Below, piece after piece: positions 24,708 to 36,397 of a stretch of 64,000 bases of DNA. The DNA is from Macrostomum lignano. Lineage: Eukaryota. Numbering within the stretch: the stretch's first letter is position 1; every line of letters starts with the position of its first letter. The notes under the pieces were generated by a model that made no database searches, was not told the DNA's origin, and was given only the letters and a program-made list of their open reading frames with translations. The position numbers and the translations under genes are program-made. The stretch lies in assembly GCA_002269645.1 (NCBI GenBank), contig NIVC01001248.1, positions 39,158-103,157 of the forward strand, in the 5' to 3' direction.

Positions 24708-25710
24708 AAATTCCCCTCTGATTCTCTCTCTAATGATTCATCATAATTCCCCTCTGATTCTCTCTCTAATGATTCATCATAATTCCCCTCTGATTCTCTC
24801 TACTGGTTTATCCCAATTCCCCTCTGATTCTCTCTCTAATGGTTTATCCCAATTCCCCTCTGATTCTCTCTCTAATGGTTTATCCCAATTCCCCTCTGAT
24901 TCTCTCTCTTATGGTTTATCCCAATTCCCCTCTGATTCTCTCTCTAATGGTTTATCCCAATTCCCCTCTGATTCTCTCTCTAATGGTTTATCCCAATTCC
25001 CCTCTGATTCTCTCTCTAATGGTTTATCCCAATTCCCTCTGATTCTCTCTCTAATGGTTTATCCCAATTCCCCTCTGATTCTCTCTCTAATGGTTTATCC
25101 CAATTCCCCTCTGATTCTCTCTCTAATGGTTTATCCCAATTCCCCTCTGATTCTCTCTCTAATGGTTTATCCCAATTCCCCTCTGATTCTCTCTCTAATG
25201 GTTTATCCCAATTCCCCTCTGATTCTCTCTCTAATGGTTTATCCCAATTCCCCTCTGATTCTCTCTCTAATGGTTTATCCCAATTCCCCTCTGATTCTCT
25301 CTCTAATGGTTTATCCCAATTCCCCTCTGATTCTCTCTCTAATGGTTTATCCCAATTCCCCTCTGATTCTCTCTCTTATGGTTTATCCAAATTCCCCTCT
25401 GATTCTCTCTCTTATGGTTTATCCCAATTCCCCTCTGATTCTCTCTCTAATGGTTTATCCCAATTCCCCTCTGATTCTCTCTCTAATGGTTTATCCCAAT
25501 TCCCCTCTGATTCTCTCTCTAATGGTTTATCCCAATTCCCCTCTGATTCTCTCTCTAATGGTTTATCCCAATTCCCCTCTGATTCTCTCTCTTATGGTTT
25601 ATCCAAATTCCCCTCTGATTCTCTCTCTTATGGTTTATCCCAATTCCCCTCTGATTCTCTCTCTAATGGTTTATCCCAATGCCCTTCTGATTCTCTCGCT
25701 TATGATCTCT
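24708..25710. repeat. 36-bp minisatellite TCCCCTCTGATTCTCTCTCTAATGGTTTATCCCAAT
   Basis: Visible; 12-aa period in the ORF track. Confidence 0.95.
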
Positions 25711-26684
25711 CCCAATTCCCACTTTCCATTCCATTTCGAAAAGTCAGGTAGGCACCCCTACATGTAGACCGACGTAAGCGTACCGAACCCGTAACTTACT
25801 ATATCCCTCCTCAAGGGGGCACAGCTGTCCCCATAGCAACGGCCCCGTAACGCACCATAAAATAGTTTGGCACCTGAGAGGGAACTCCGGGCCAGACAAG
25901 CTCAAAAAGATTAGCGAGTTCGAGCTGACCTGTTTTTTTTGCTTTCGCCCAACAAACAAAATGATGCAACCGAGAACCGGTGTGCAGGGGGGGGGGGCAT
26001 TGTTTAGTTGCTTGGCAATTGTGTGTTTGGCACAAAATTCCGGTGAGCTGTTGGGGGAGGAAGGGTCTCCGTGGGCTCGTTGCCAAACAGCTCCGTCTCA
26101 CTTAAGTCGACAAAATTGATTGAGAAGAAACCCTCTCTAGCTAGGATATATATTGCCCCCCCCCCCAAGGTAATATTTATTTGACAAGTCCTAGATCCCA
26201 ATCTCGGTTGCTAGGCGGGAACTGCGCGGCCTGGATATTGAGCCAAGCGCGCTGATCTCGTATAATAAGCAACTATAGAAGCGGCAGTGAGTCGCCAAAC
26301 CCCCCCTCCCCTGTAGGCAAATAGTAGGTCTCAATGCAAAATACAGTTGGGTAATCTCCCCCCCCCCAGCTCACGTGATGAGCACAGTTGACGGACATGA
26401 CGGCAGTTAACTTTGTGCGTGTGAGCTCCGCTCAATGGCTGAGCTCACTTGGCTGGCAGTGAGCCAAGTAGCTAACAGTTGGCGTTGTTGAGTCTGTCAA
26501 CTGACTCAGGTCTGGTGGCAGTGCCGTCTTGCCATCCGAGCCAAGTTGTAGTTCGTTGCACTAAATATACATCTAAAGTGTGAAACAGTTCTTAGATGAA
26601 TACTTTAAAGAAAAATTGGTTGATTTTTTTTCACTGTAAAATCTAAATATTTTGTTTTGTTGTGAGCTAGATCTTAGTTTCTTC

Positions 26685-26920
26685 CCTCCCTCTCTACAAT
26701 CATCCCTCACCCTCTCCTTACCCTCATCCTTCACCCTCTCCTTACCCTCCTCCCTCACCCTCTCCTTACCCTCCTCCCTCACCCTCTCCTTACCCTCCTC
26801 CCTCACCCTCTCCTTACCCTCCTCCCTCACCCTCTCCTTACCCTCCTCCCTCACCCTCCTCCCTCACCCTCTCCTTACCCTCCTCCCTCACCCTCTTTCT
26901 ACCCTCCTCCTCCACCCTCT
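26685..26920. repeat. 24-bp C/T-rich repeat CCCTCACCCTCTCCTTACCCTCCT
   Basis: Visible tandem units. Confidence 0.85.
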
Positions 26921-27974
26921 CCACTCACTGGACTCACGGATCAAGCAAATTCAAATATAAAAAAATGCTTGTAAGTAAAATTTATACACCTATTTTATAT
27001 TGTCAAACACGTGTCAGTCTGTCAGTGTATTTTGTGTACCTCAAGCAATGGGCTAGATCGGCCTCATGTACAGGTATCCCTGCTCAAGAATAAATGACAC
27101 AGTTGTCAAGCTGAAGAGCTGAAAGAAAAATGATGAGTTGTGAAGAACACCACCAGCATGAGAGGCGGCTGTGCGCACAAGAGAACCGATACATAAACGA
27201 GGATTAATCTAGGCTGAAGCGCGTCGATCCAGCAGAGAAAAAATACTAAAAACAGGTAAAATTATAGGCAAACAGCTTAATGAATAATCAGTTTGGCCCC
27301 AAACAGATAGAGCAGAGCCGAAGCAACACTCTGAACATTAATTCACTGCCCTTTTCTAGATTATTTTTAATTGATTTTATTCGTCATGCGCCAAGTTAGC
27401 TACTGTTCCGCAGCTTTTAAGTAGAGCTGTGAACATTTAATTTCTAAAATGTTGAAATCAGATTAAAAAAGCTGCAAATTACAACATCATGAGCATAATA
27501 AAGTAACTTCAAAGGTGGGTTGAAAAGTGTGGAAGCTGACTAAAAATCTGGAGGAGTCACCGCAGAGTTGAGTGGCCAAATAATAATATCAACAGTCAAT
27601 ATGGAGATTGGAGGAAAAGTGACAATGAGATTATAGTCATGCAGAACCACACATAGACAGGAGAAAAGCACAGTAAGGCGTAAAAAGCATAAATTACGGC
27701 TGCCTTTCGCATTTCGCCTACTAATATAAGTAGGCAAAGCGCTGGTCCGTTAGTAGCGAAACAGGGATATATTCAATCTGAATACAAAGGAATTCTGAAA
27801 ACAAGATTATAAGCAGACAATTTGAGCTGAAAATTTTCTGTGCAGAAACTTTGCACTTTAAGGCCTAATAATAAGGATTAATAAAATAATTGGTGCTTCC
27901 TAAACTTCATCTGGGTCCTTCAGATGTTTCGCTCAATCATTAAAACTCAGGGACCCTCAGATGGGCCAATCCAC

Positions 27975-28672
27975 TGAAATACAGGGAGCTTCAGGTGCAG
28001 GCACCAGCTGAGATACAGGGAGCTTCAGGTGCAGGCACCAGCTGAAATACAGGGACCTTCAGGTGCAGGCACCAGCTGAGATACAGGGACCCTCTGGTGC
28101 AGGCACCAGCTGAAATACAGGGACCTTCAGGTGCAGGCACCAGCTGAAATACAGGGACCTTCAGGTGCAGGCACCAGCTGAAATACAGGGACCTTCTGGT
28201 ACAGGCACCAGCTGAGATACAGGGACCTTCAGGTGCAGGCACCAGCTGAAATACAGGGACCTTCAGGTGCTGGCACCAGCTGAAATACAGGGACCTTCAG
28301 GTGCTGGCACCAGCTGAAATACAGGGACCTTCAGGTGCAGGCACCAGCTGAAATACAGGGACCTTCAGGTGCAGGCACCAGCTGAAATACAGGGAGCTTC
28401 AGGTGCAGGCACCAGCTGAAATACAGGGAGCTTCAGGTGCTGGCACCAGCTGAAATACAGGGACCTTCAGGTGCTGGCACCAGCTGAAATACAGGGACCT
28501 TCAGGTGCAGGCACCAGCTGAAATACAGGGACCTTCAGGTGCAGGCACCAGCTGAAATACAGGGACCTTCAGGTGCAGGCACCAGCTGAAATACAGGGAC
28601 CTTCAGGTGCAGGCACCAGCTGAAATACAGGGACCTTCAGGTGCAGGCACCAGCTGAAATACAGGGACCCTG
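27975..28672. repeat. 34-bp minisatellite TGAAATACAGGGACCTTCAGGTGCAGGCACCAGC (~20 copies), just 3' of the KASH-gene stop
   Basis: Visible tandem units with no spacers. Confidence 0.95.
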
Positions 28673-28711
28673 AGCCCTCTAAAACCCAGTCTGAGCACGG
28701 CAGTGCAGGAC

Positions 28712-29191
28712 TCAGAACGGAGCGCCATTCGGTCGGGTCTCCCGCAGCGCTGGCAGCAGGCGGGACACCAGCCAGCCCATCCAGCCGCGCCGGCAGCCCC
28801 AGTCGGCCGTCACGGGAGCTGCCGAAGCCGGCGGAGCTCCAGCCGGGTTGGCCAGCAGAGCAGCCAGCCAGCACAGCAGCAGCAGCAGAAGAAGCAGCAG
28901 AGAAGCCACAGCCGCAGCGGCCGCCATACGGGCGCACCAGCGCCGGCCGAGCCGCTCCGCACGGACCTCCGGCTGCGTCGGCAGCTCCGTACATGTCGTG
29001 GCCCGAATCACCAAAAGGCGGAGGCGTCGGCAGCGACGGCGCAGCCTCGCCGAGCTGCTGGACGCCGACGCGAGTCGTTCGTCAATTCGCGCGTGCGCCG
29101 ACGCTGTCAGGCTGGCGCCAAGGGAGCCGTCGAGCAGCGCCGAGCAGCGGCTGACAAGGGAGGCCGCCGAGTCCGCGTTTTTGGCTGCCTT
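28712..29191 (-). CDS. Nesprin/Klarsicht-like spectrin-repeat KASH protein, exon 12 (last): helical segment, TM helix and KASH-like luminal tail
   Basis: Acceptor CTTCTGCTTAG| in phase 0. Reads KAAKNADSAASLVSRCSALL..RLRRRCRRLRLLVIRA..RLGRRWCAR-MAAAAAVASLLLLLLLLLCWLAALLA-NP..DWGCRR..LLPALRETRPNGAPF*. A tail-anchored TM followed by a short tail resembling the nesprin/ANC-1 DYSC..PMLRYTNGPPP(T/L/F) end. Confidence 0.78.
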   Translation of the reverse strand, partial: KAAKNADSAASLVSRCSALLDGSLGASLTASAHARIDERLASASSSSARLRRRCRRLRLLVIRATTCTELPTQPEVRAERLGRRWCARMAAAAAVASLLLLLLLLLCWLAALLANPAGAPPASAAPVTADWGCRRGWMGWLVSRLLPALRETRPNGAPF

Positions 29192-29360
29192 CTAAGCAGA
29201 AGGGCGAGTAGAGTTGAATTTGCCGATATGTATAGAAAACAGACTTTTCATCACCAAAGTAGTAGTATGTGGCGAACACTAGAAATTATCTACTCAGACA
29301 CAAAAAATGTAACAATTATAATTGTGTTGAAGGTCCGGAGTTCAAGCAGAGATTAATGTA

Positions 29361-32095
29361 TCAGTCAGTCAGTCAGTCAGTCAGTCAGTCAGTCAGTCAG
29401 TCAGTCAGTCAGTCAGTCAGTCAGTCAGTCAGTCAGTCAGTCAGTCAGTCAGTCAGTCAGTCAGTCAGTCAGTCAGTCAGTCAGTCAGTCAGTCAGTCAG
29501 TCAGTCAGTCAGTCAGTCAGTCAGTCAGTCAGTCAGTCAGTCAGTCAGTCAGTCAGTCAGTCAGTCAGTCAGTCAGTCAGTCAGTCAGTCAGTCAGTCAG
29601 TCAGTCAGTCAGTCAGTCAGTCAGTCAGTCAGTCAGTCAGTCAGTCAGTCAGTCAGTCAGTCAGTCAGTCAGTCAGTCAGTCAGTCAGTCAGTCAGTCAG
29701 TCAGTCAGTCAGTCAGTCAGTCAGTCAGTCAGTCAGTCAGTCAGTCAGTCAGTCAGTCAGTCAGTCAGTCAGTCAGTCAGTCAGTCAGTCAGTCAGTCAG
29801 TCAGTCAGTCAGTCAGTCAGTCAGTCAGTCAGTCAGTCAGTCAGTCAGTCAGTCAGTCAGTCAGTCAGTCAGTCAGTCAGTCAGTCAGTCAGTCAGTCAG
29901 TCAGTCAGTCAGTCAGTCAGTCAGTCAGTCAGTCAGTCAGTCAGTCAGTCAGTCAGTCAGTCAGTCAGTCAGTCAGTCAGTCAGTCAGTCAGTCAGTCAG
30001 TCAGTCAGTCAGTCAGTCAGTCAGTCAGTCAGTCAGTCAGTCAGTCAGTCAGTCAGTCAGTCAGTCAGTCAGTCAGTCAGTCAGTCAGTCAGTCAGTCAG
30101 TCAGTCAGTCAGTCAGTCAGTCAGTCAGTCAGTCAGTCAGTCAGTCAGTCAGTCAGTCAGTCAGTCAGTCAGTCAGTCAGTCAGTCAGTCAGTCAGTCAG
30201 TCAGTCAGTCAGTCAGTCAGTCAGTCAGTCAGTCAGTCAGTCAGTCAGTCAGTCAGTCAGTCAGTCAGTCAGTCAGTCAGTCAGTCAGTCAGTCAGTCAG
30301 TCAGTCAGTCAGTCAGTCAGTCAGTCAGTCAGTCAGTCAGTCAGTCAGTCAGTCAGTCAGTCAGTCAGTCAGTCAGTCAGTCAGTCAGTCAGTCAGTCAG
30401 TCAGTCAGTCAGTCAGTCAGTCAGTCAGTCAGTCAGTCAGTCAGTCAGTCAGTCAGTCAGTCAGTCAGTCAGTCAGTCAGTCAGTCAGTCAGTCAGTCAG
30501 TCAGTCAGTCAGTCAGTCAGTCAGTCAGTCAGTCAGTCAGTCAGTCAGTCAGTCAGTCAGTCAGTCAGTCAGTCAGTCAGTCAGTCAGTCAGTCAGTCAG
30601 TCAGTCAGTCAGTCAGTCAGTCAGTCAGTCAGTCAGTCAGTCAGTCAGTCAGTCAGTCAGTCAGTCAGTCAGTCAGTCAGTCAGTCAGTCAGTCAGTCAG
30701 TCAGTCAGTCAGTCAGTCAGTCAGTCAGTCAGTCAGTCAGTCAGTCAGTCAGTCAGTCAGTCAGTCAGTCAGTCAGTCAGTCAGTCAGTCAGTCAGTCAG
30801 TCAGTCAGTCAGTCAGTCAGTCAGTCAGTCAGTCAGTCAGTCAGTCAGTCAGTCAGTCAGTCAGTCAGTCAGTCAGTCAGTCAGTCAGTCAGTCAGTCAG
30901 TCAGTCAGTCAGTCAGTCAGTCAGTCAGTCAGTCAGTCAGTCAGTCAGTCAGTCAGTCAGTCAGTCAGTCAGTCAGTCAGTCAGTCAGTCAGTCAGTCAG
31001 TCAGTCAGTCAGTCAGTCAGTCAGTCAGTCAGTCAGTCAGTCAGTCAGTCAGTCAGTCAGTCAGTCAGTCAGTCAGTCAGTCAGTCAGTCAGTCAGTCAG
31101 TCAGTCAGTCAGTCAGTCAGTCAGTCAGTCAGTCAGTCAGTCAGTCAGTCAGTCAGTCAGTCAGTCAGTCAGTCAGTCAGTCAGTCAGTCAGTCAGTCAG
31201 TCAGTCAGTCAGTCAGTCAGTCAGTCAGTCAGTCAGTCAGTCAGTCAGTCAGTCAGTCAGTCAGTCAGTCAGTCAGTCAGTCAGTCAGTCAGTCAGTCAG
31301 TCAGTCAGTCAGTCAGTCAGTCAGTCAGTCAGTCAGTCAGTCAGTCAGTCAGTCAGTCAGTCAGTCAGTCAGTCAGTCAGTCAGTCAGTCAGTCAGTCAG
31401 TCAGTCAGTCAGTCAGTCAGTCAGTCAGTCAGTCAGTCAGTCAGTCAGTCAGTCAGTCAGTCAGTCAGTCAGTCAGTCAGTCAGTCAGTCAGTCAGTCAG
31501 TCAGTCAGTCAGTCAGTCAGTCAGTCAGTCAGTCAGTCAGTCAGTCAGTCAGTCAGTCAGTCAGTCAGTCAGTCAGTCAGTCAGTCAGTCAGTCAGTCAG
31601 TCAGTCAGTCAGTCAGTCAGTCAGTCAGTCAGTCAGTCAGTCAGTCAGTCAGTCAGTCAGTCAGTCAGTCAGTCAGTCAGTCAGTCAGTCAGTCAGTCAG
31701 TCAGTCAGTCAGTCAGTCAGTCAGTCAGTCAGTCAGTCAGTCAGTCAGTCAGTCAGTCAGTCAGTCAGTCAGTCAGTCAGTCAGTCAGTCAGTCAGTCAG
31801 TCAGTCAGTCAGTCAGTCAGTCAGTCAGTCAGTCAGTCAGTCAGTCAGTCAGTCAGTCAGTCAGTCAGTCAGTCAGTCAGTCAGTCAGTCAGTCAGTCAG
31901 TCAGTCAGTCAGTCAGTCAGTCAGTCAGTCAGTCAGTCAGTCAGTCAGTCAGTCAGTCAGTCAGTCAGTCAGTCAGTCAGTCAGTCAGTCAGTCAGTCAG
32001 TCAGTCAGTCAGTCAGTCAGTCAGTCAGTCAGTCAGTCAGTCAGTCAGTCAGTCAGTCAGTCAGTCAGTCAGTCAGTCAGTCAGTCAGTCAGTCA
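29361..32095. repeat. Perfect (TCAG)n microsatellite, ~683 units, in the last intron of the KASH gene
   Basis: No interruption seen over ~2.73 kb. Confidence 0.98.
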
Positions 32096-32119
32096 TTACT
32101 GAGTTCAGCAGCTGCTCAC

Positions 32120-32285
32120 CTCTAAATCGGCCGCCGCGGTCTCCCTGTCGAAGCTGCTGGCTGACTCAAGTTGCCGCAGTCGGTGCAGCTCCTCCTGGAT
32201 GAGGCGCTCGCAACGGCAGAGCAGCCGCTCCAGCTCCAGCATGGAGGCGTGCGCCCGGCTCAGAGACTCTCGGTTTGATTGACAG
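32120..32285 (-). CDS. KASH protein exon 11 (spectrin-like helix)
   Basis: CCAG|C..GAG|GTGAG, phase 2 to 0; CQSNRESLSRAHASMLELERLLCRCERLIQEELHRLRQLESASSFDRETAAADLE. Confidence 0.78.
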
Positions 32286-32439
32286 CTGGCATGGTGCAGA
32301 GGGAGGAAAGGCAGGGTGAACTGCTGTTGTGCCGGTTTGGCGGGGCAAAGAGATTTGGGATAATAAACCAGGTTGAGACACTAGTATTAACAAATAAGGA
32401 TATTTTGGAGGTAGGAGTAGAATACGAGGAAGTCAAAGA

Positions 32440-32765
32440 GGGCTAGAAGGGATAGGGAGAGCGAGAGTGAGAGAGGGCTAGGAAGAGAGGGAAAGGGAAG
32501 GGCAGAGTGAGAGAAGGGGTGGAAGAAAGAATGAGAGGGCGGGAGGGAAAGTAGACGGTTAGAGAGAGAGTAAGGGGAGAGGGTGAGGAGATTGAGAGGT
32601 AGAAAGGGGGAGTGAGAGGAAGATTGAGAGGGAGAAGGTGAGAGAGAGGGTGTGAGAGGGAGAGAGGGAGAGATGGAGATTGAGGGAGAGTCAGAGTGAG
32701 AGGGAGAGGGTGAGACGAAAGGGACAAGGGTGAGGAGAGAGACAGTGAGAGAGGTAGATAGGTAG
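32440..32765. repeat. GA-rich purine tract (intronic)
   Basis: Low-complexity GAGAG/GGGA sequence. Confidence 0.8.
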
Positions 32766-32820
32766 GAGAACAGGCACCAGTCAGGGAGGAGAGCGTCACC
32801 CAGCAGTCCCCATCGCGCAC

Positions 32821-33206
32821 CTGTCCAGATCGGACTGCAGCCAGCCAATGAGCAGCTCCCAGTTCTCCATCAGCAGGCGCCGCTGCCGACTCTCGCCCTC
32901 CGCCTGACGCAGCTTCTCCAGCTCCGCCGCGGCTGTCGCCAGCCAGCGCCGAAGGTCGTCGGCCAGCCGGTCCAGCCGCTCAACGCCGGCCGCCATGTCG
33001 GCTGCGGATGCGTCGAACTCGCCGGTTGCCAGGCAGCTGGCGTGGGCCTCCGAGGCGGCCTCTTTGATCTCGGCGTGGCGGCGCCAACGCTCGGCCGAGT
33101 CTGCGTCGATGACGTCATCGTCGCTGGCGTCGATTAAGTCGGCAACGTCGCCGAGGTTCAGATCGGTGCCGGTCTTTGAGGCACTGCAGACCTCGGACTG
33201 CAGCGT
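32821..33206 (-). CDS. KASH protein exon 10 (spectrin-repeat-like)
   Basis: CCAG|ACG..AG|GTGCGC, phase 0 to 2; ..GVERLDRLADDLRRWLATAAAELEKL..LLMENWELLIGWLQSDLDR shows spectrin helix-A Trp signatures. Confidence 0.8.
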
Positions 33207-33384
33207 CTGGATGGAGTAGGAGTGAGTGGCTCGGGTGATCGAGCGAGCTGCGCGGCTGTGTGCCAGAAGCCCGACCTAGGAAGGCTCTACTTGACTCAAC
33301 AAGGTTCGATTTGACTGAATCCGGGAAATATCGACTCGACCCAGAACCTGACCCAGCAAGAGTTTACTTGACTCAAATGAATTA

Positions 33385-33800
33385 CTTGATCAAATTTTTC
33401 ACTTGACCCAGGTAGGTTTTCACTTGACCCAGATAGTCACTTGGCCCAGGTAGGCTTTTCACTTGACCCAGATAGTCACTTGACCCAGGTAGGCTTTTCA
33501 CTTGACCCAGATAGTCACTTGACCCAGGTAGGCTTTTCACTTGACCCAGATAGTCACTTGACCCAGGTAGGCTTTTCACTTGACCCAGATAGTCACTTGA
33601 CCCAGGTAGGCTTTTCACTTGACCCAGATAGTCACTTGACCCAGGTAGGCTTTTCACTTGACCCAGATAGTCACTTGACCCAGATAGTCACTTGACCCAG
33701 ATAGTTACTTTTGACCCAGATAGTCTTTTGACCCAGATAGTTACTTGACCCAGGTAGGTTTTCACTTGACCCAGATAGGTGAGATAGGACTCACTTGACC
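33385..33800. repeat. 39-bp minisatellite TTTTCACTTGACCCAGATAGTCACTTGACCCAGGTAGGC
   Basis: Visible; unit is built from two CACTTGACCCAG subunits. Confidence 0.9.
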
Positions 33801-34414
33801 CAGGTAGGATTTTCCTTGACTCACGAAGGCTCGACTTGACTCAGGAAATTGTAAACTCGTCCCCACTAACTTCTTTGATCCTGGCTGTTCAATCATGACT
33901 ATAAATTTTACCCCCTTAATACTAGGGCAGGTGAATCAACAAATTTGTGCGACTTAGCGAACGACTCATGACTCATATTTGGGGAGAAATAAATAAAAAA
34001 GACTCCAGTAGGAAGAGAGCGGCTTTAGCGGAACAAAAAGAATTCGCTCCTTATTACCTTCCTAAATTTTCAAGCACACGCAGAGCACACAGAGTTTTGG
34101 CTTGAGCACGCGAGAGTCCGCACTTGGGATTTATTGGGTGAGTCATCGGGTCAAACACACCTGGACCTCTCGCCTGGCCAAAGCCAAATCCCCTTGTCGT
34201 TAAAATCTCCCATTTCAAAAGGGAGGGGATTTTCTCCACCCAAAGCAAAAAATCTGCTTCCTTCAGTAGAGCAGAAAAATGTAGCTTCTGCAGAAATGTA
34301 ATGTGAAACAGTAATTTCCTATGCAAGAAATGCTTTTCGGCTTTGAAGTCTGCTTTCCTTTGATTACACGAGTAATAACCAGGTGATAGAAGCGCTAGTC
34401 TATGTCCCCTGTCT

Positions 34415-34830
34415 TGGAATCCCGACTATAGAATCCCAATCATGGAATCCCAATTATGGAATCCCGATTATGGAATCCCCATTATGGAATCCCCATTATG
34501 GAATCCCCATTATGGAATCCCGAATCCCGATTATGGAATCCCGATTATGGAATCCCAATCATGGAATCCCCATTATGGAATCCCCATTATGGAATCCCCA
34601 TTATGGAATCCCGATTATAGAATCCCAATCATGGAATCCCAATCATGGAATCCCAATCATGGAATCCCCATTATGGAATCCCCATTATGGAATCCCCATT
34701 ATGGAATCCTGATTATGGAATCACGATTATGGAATCCCCATTATGGAATACCAATATGGAATCCCGATTATGGAATCTCCATTATGGAATCCCAATATTC
34801 CGACTCTAATATCCCAAGTCCCTAAAATCA
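34415..34830. repeat. ~14-bp minisatellite ATGGAATCCC(C/G)ATT
   Basis: Visible tandem units. Confidence 0.9.
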
Positions 34831-34856
34831 TGGAATCACAGATCCAGACTGCTCAC

Positions 34857-35191
34857 CAAGAAGTCCTGCTCAGTCTCAAGCAGCTCAGCCGCAATTTTCC
34901 GCCTCCGGACAGCAGAGGCGGGCGGCTGAGGCAGCAGCAGCCCGGCAGAGGTCAAGTCCATAGCAGGCTGGTCAATCTCCCACAGGCTCAGCTGACTGTC
35001 TTCCAGCAGCAGCGCGGCCTGAGTCCGCTGCTCATCCAACTCGTCAGTGTCATCGGCGTCTGAGTACAGATCCGGCTGGCAGCTGTAGTCCCACAGCTGG
35101 TCCACGTCCAGCTGCTCGTTTGCCACACTGGACAGGCTGCTCTCGTCCAGGCCTGCGGCAAGGTAGCCATGGCAACGGAGCAAATTCGTTT
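34857..35191 (-). CDS. KASH protein exon 9 (acidic region containing DQLWDY)
   Basis: CTAAG|AA..TTG|GTGAG, phase 1 to 0; TNLLRCHGYL..DVDQLWDYSCQPDLYSDADDTDELDEQ..RRRKIAAELLETEQDFL. Confidence 0.75.
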
Positions 35192-35244
35192 CTTAGAAAT
35201 AAATCATAATATATTCAACTACCGAGATAGGAGAATGATTTTAG

Positions 35245-35365
35245 AGTCTGACCGAAATTACTCCTGACCGAAATTCTTCCTGACCGAAATTCCTCCTGAC
35301 GGAAATTACTCCTGACCGAAATGACTCCTGACCGAAATTTCTCCTGACCGAAATTACTCCTGACC
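35245..35365. repeat. 16-bp repeat CTGACCGAAATTACTC
   Basis: About 7 visible units. Confidence 0.85.
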
Positions 35366-35418
35366 TGAATTACCCTATATTACCTAAAACACTGTCTGAT
35401 TTTATCAATGCGACTCAC

Positions 35419-35624
35419 CGCTTTGATCTTCCTCGCCAACTGTCGGCATGTTTGAGGCAGCGGCGGCACCGTCAGTTGAGTCGAAGGCGGTCGCAGCAGC
35501 CTCGGGGTGGAGATCGGAGCGGTGCTGCCAGTACAGGTGCCGGTCTGCTCGGTCTACTAGCAGCAGCGAGTGGTCAGAGCTGACCGCCTCCTGCGCTGCC
35601 GATCCGCCAGGATGCGGGTGCCGT
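35419..35624 (-). CDS. KASH protein exon 8
   Basis: TTCCCAG|A..G|GTGAGT, phase 2 to 1; [33 protein letters not shown]. Confidence 0.72.
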
Positions 35625-35652
35625 CTGGGAAGAAAGGAGGGTAGATCATTAG

Positions 35653-35676
35653 GTAGACAGACAGACAGACAGACAC

Positions 35677-35731
<55 letters not shown>

Positions 35732-35768
35732 CACAGACAGACAGACAAACAGACAGACACACAGACAC

Positions 35769-35811
<43 letters not shown>

Positions 35812-35835
35812 CAGACGGACAGACAGACAGACCGG
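35653..35835. repeat. (AGAC)n microsatellite (intronic)
   Basis: Visible, with ACAC variants. Confidence 0.95.
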
Positions 35836-35866
35836 CTGACACACGGGTAGACCGAGAGCCACTCAC

Positions 35867-36362
35867 CCGCCCTCCAGACTGTCGCAGCTGATGCGGGCCC
35901 CACTCTCAACAGCGCCGCCCCGGCTGTCCGGCAGTTCCAGCCCGTAGGAGCCAGCAGAGGAGGACAGGTCGGAACGGGAAAACGACCAACTCTCGTCAAC
36001 ATCGGACGAGGTGGCGTCGCGGCCGCGCCGACCAATTCGGCCGCCGCCGCCGTCGACGCCATCAACACCAGCGCTGCCGCTGCCGTCGCCTTCGCTGTAG
36101 GCCTCGCTGCCACCGGCCAGGCACTCCCAGTACAGCCGGGTGTCGCTGCGAAAATCACGCCACCGTCCGCCGCTGGTGCCTCGCCGGTACTGGCCGGTGC
36201 TGCTGCCGCAGCTGCTGCCGACGGAGCCGGCTGCGGCGATGCGGGCCTGGGCGAGGGCAAGCCGGATCGGGCAGCTGCCGCCCTGTTGGGAGATCGCCGA
36301 CAAGTCCACGCCGGAGACGCCGTCGCCGTTCCAGTGACAGTCGCTGGCGCTGACGGAGGCGT
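35867..36362 (-). CDS. KASH protein exon 7 (Gly/Ser-rich)
   Basis: GGCAG|AC..GG|GTGAGT, phase 1 to 2; ..[28 protein letters not shown].. Confidence 0.72.
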
Positions 36363-36397
36363 CTGCCGTTTCAGGGATGTCAGGAGTGTTAGGGGTG

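Noticed and set aside
17385-28672. 34-36-bp repeat arrays (17385, 24708, 27975) of CRISPR-like unit length
   Set aside because: Head-to-tail units without unique spacers, no cas genes, and a eukaryotic spliced context.
28703-29356. Plus-strand ORFs 28703-29356 and 28848-29195
   Set aside because: Most likely antisense shadows of the GC-rich KASH exon; the minus frame has a phase-matched acceptor, a TM helix and a terminal motif.
29269-32202. 977-aa ORF of (SQSV)n
   Set aside because: Translation of a perfect TCAG microsatellite lying in an intron of the minus-strand gene.
34857-34920. RRRKIAAELLETEQDFL resembles helix 1 of a DH (RhoGEF) domain
   Set aside because: The following exons show no other DH conserved regions and no PH domain; they look spectrin-like. 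An HMM scan is still advisable.
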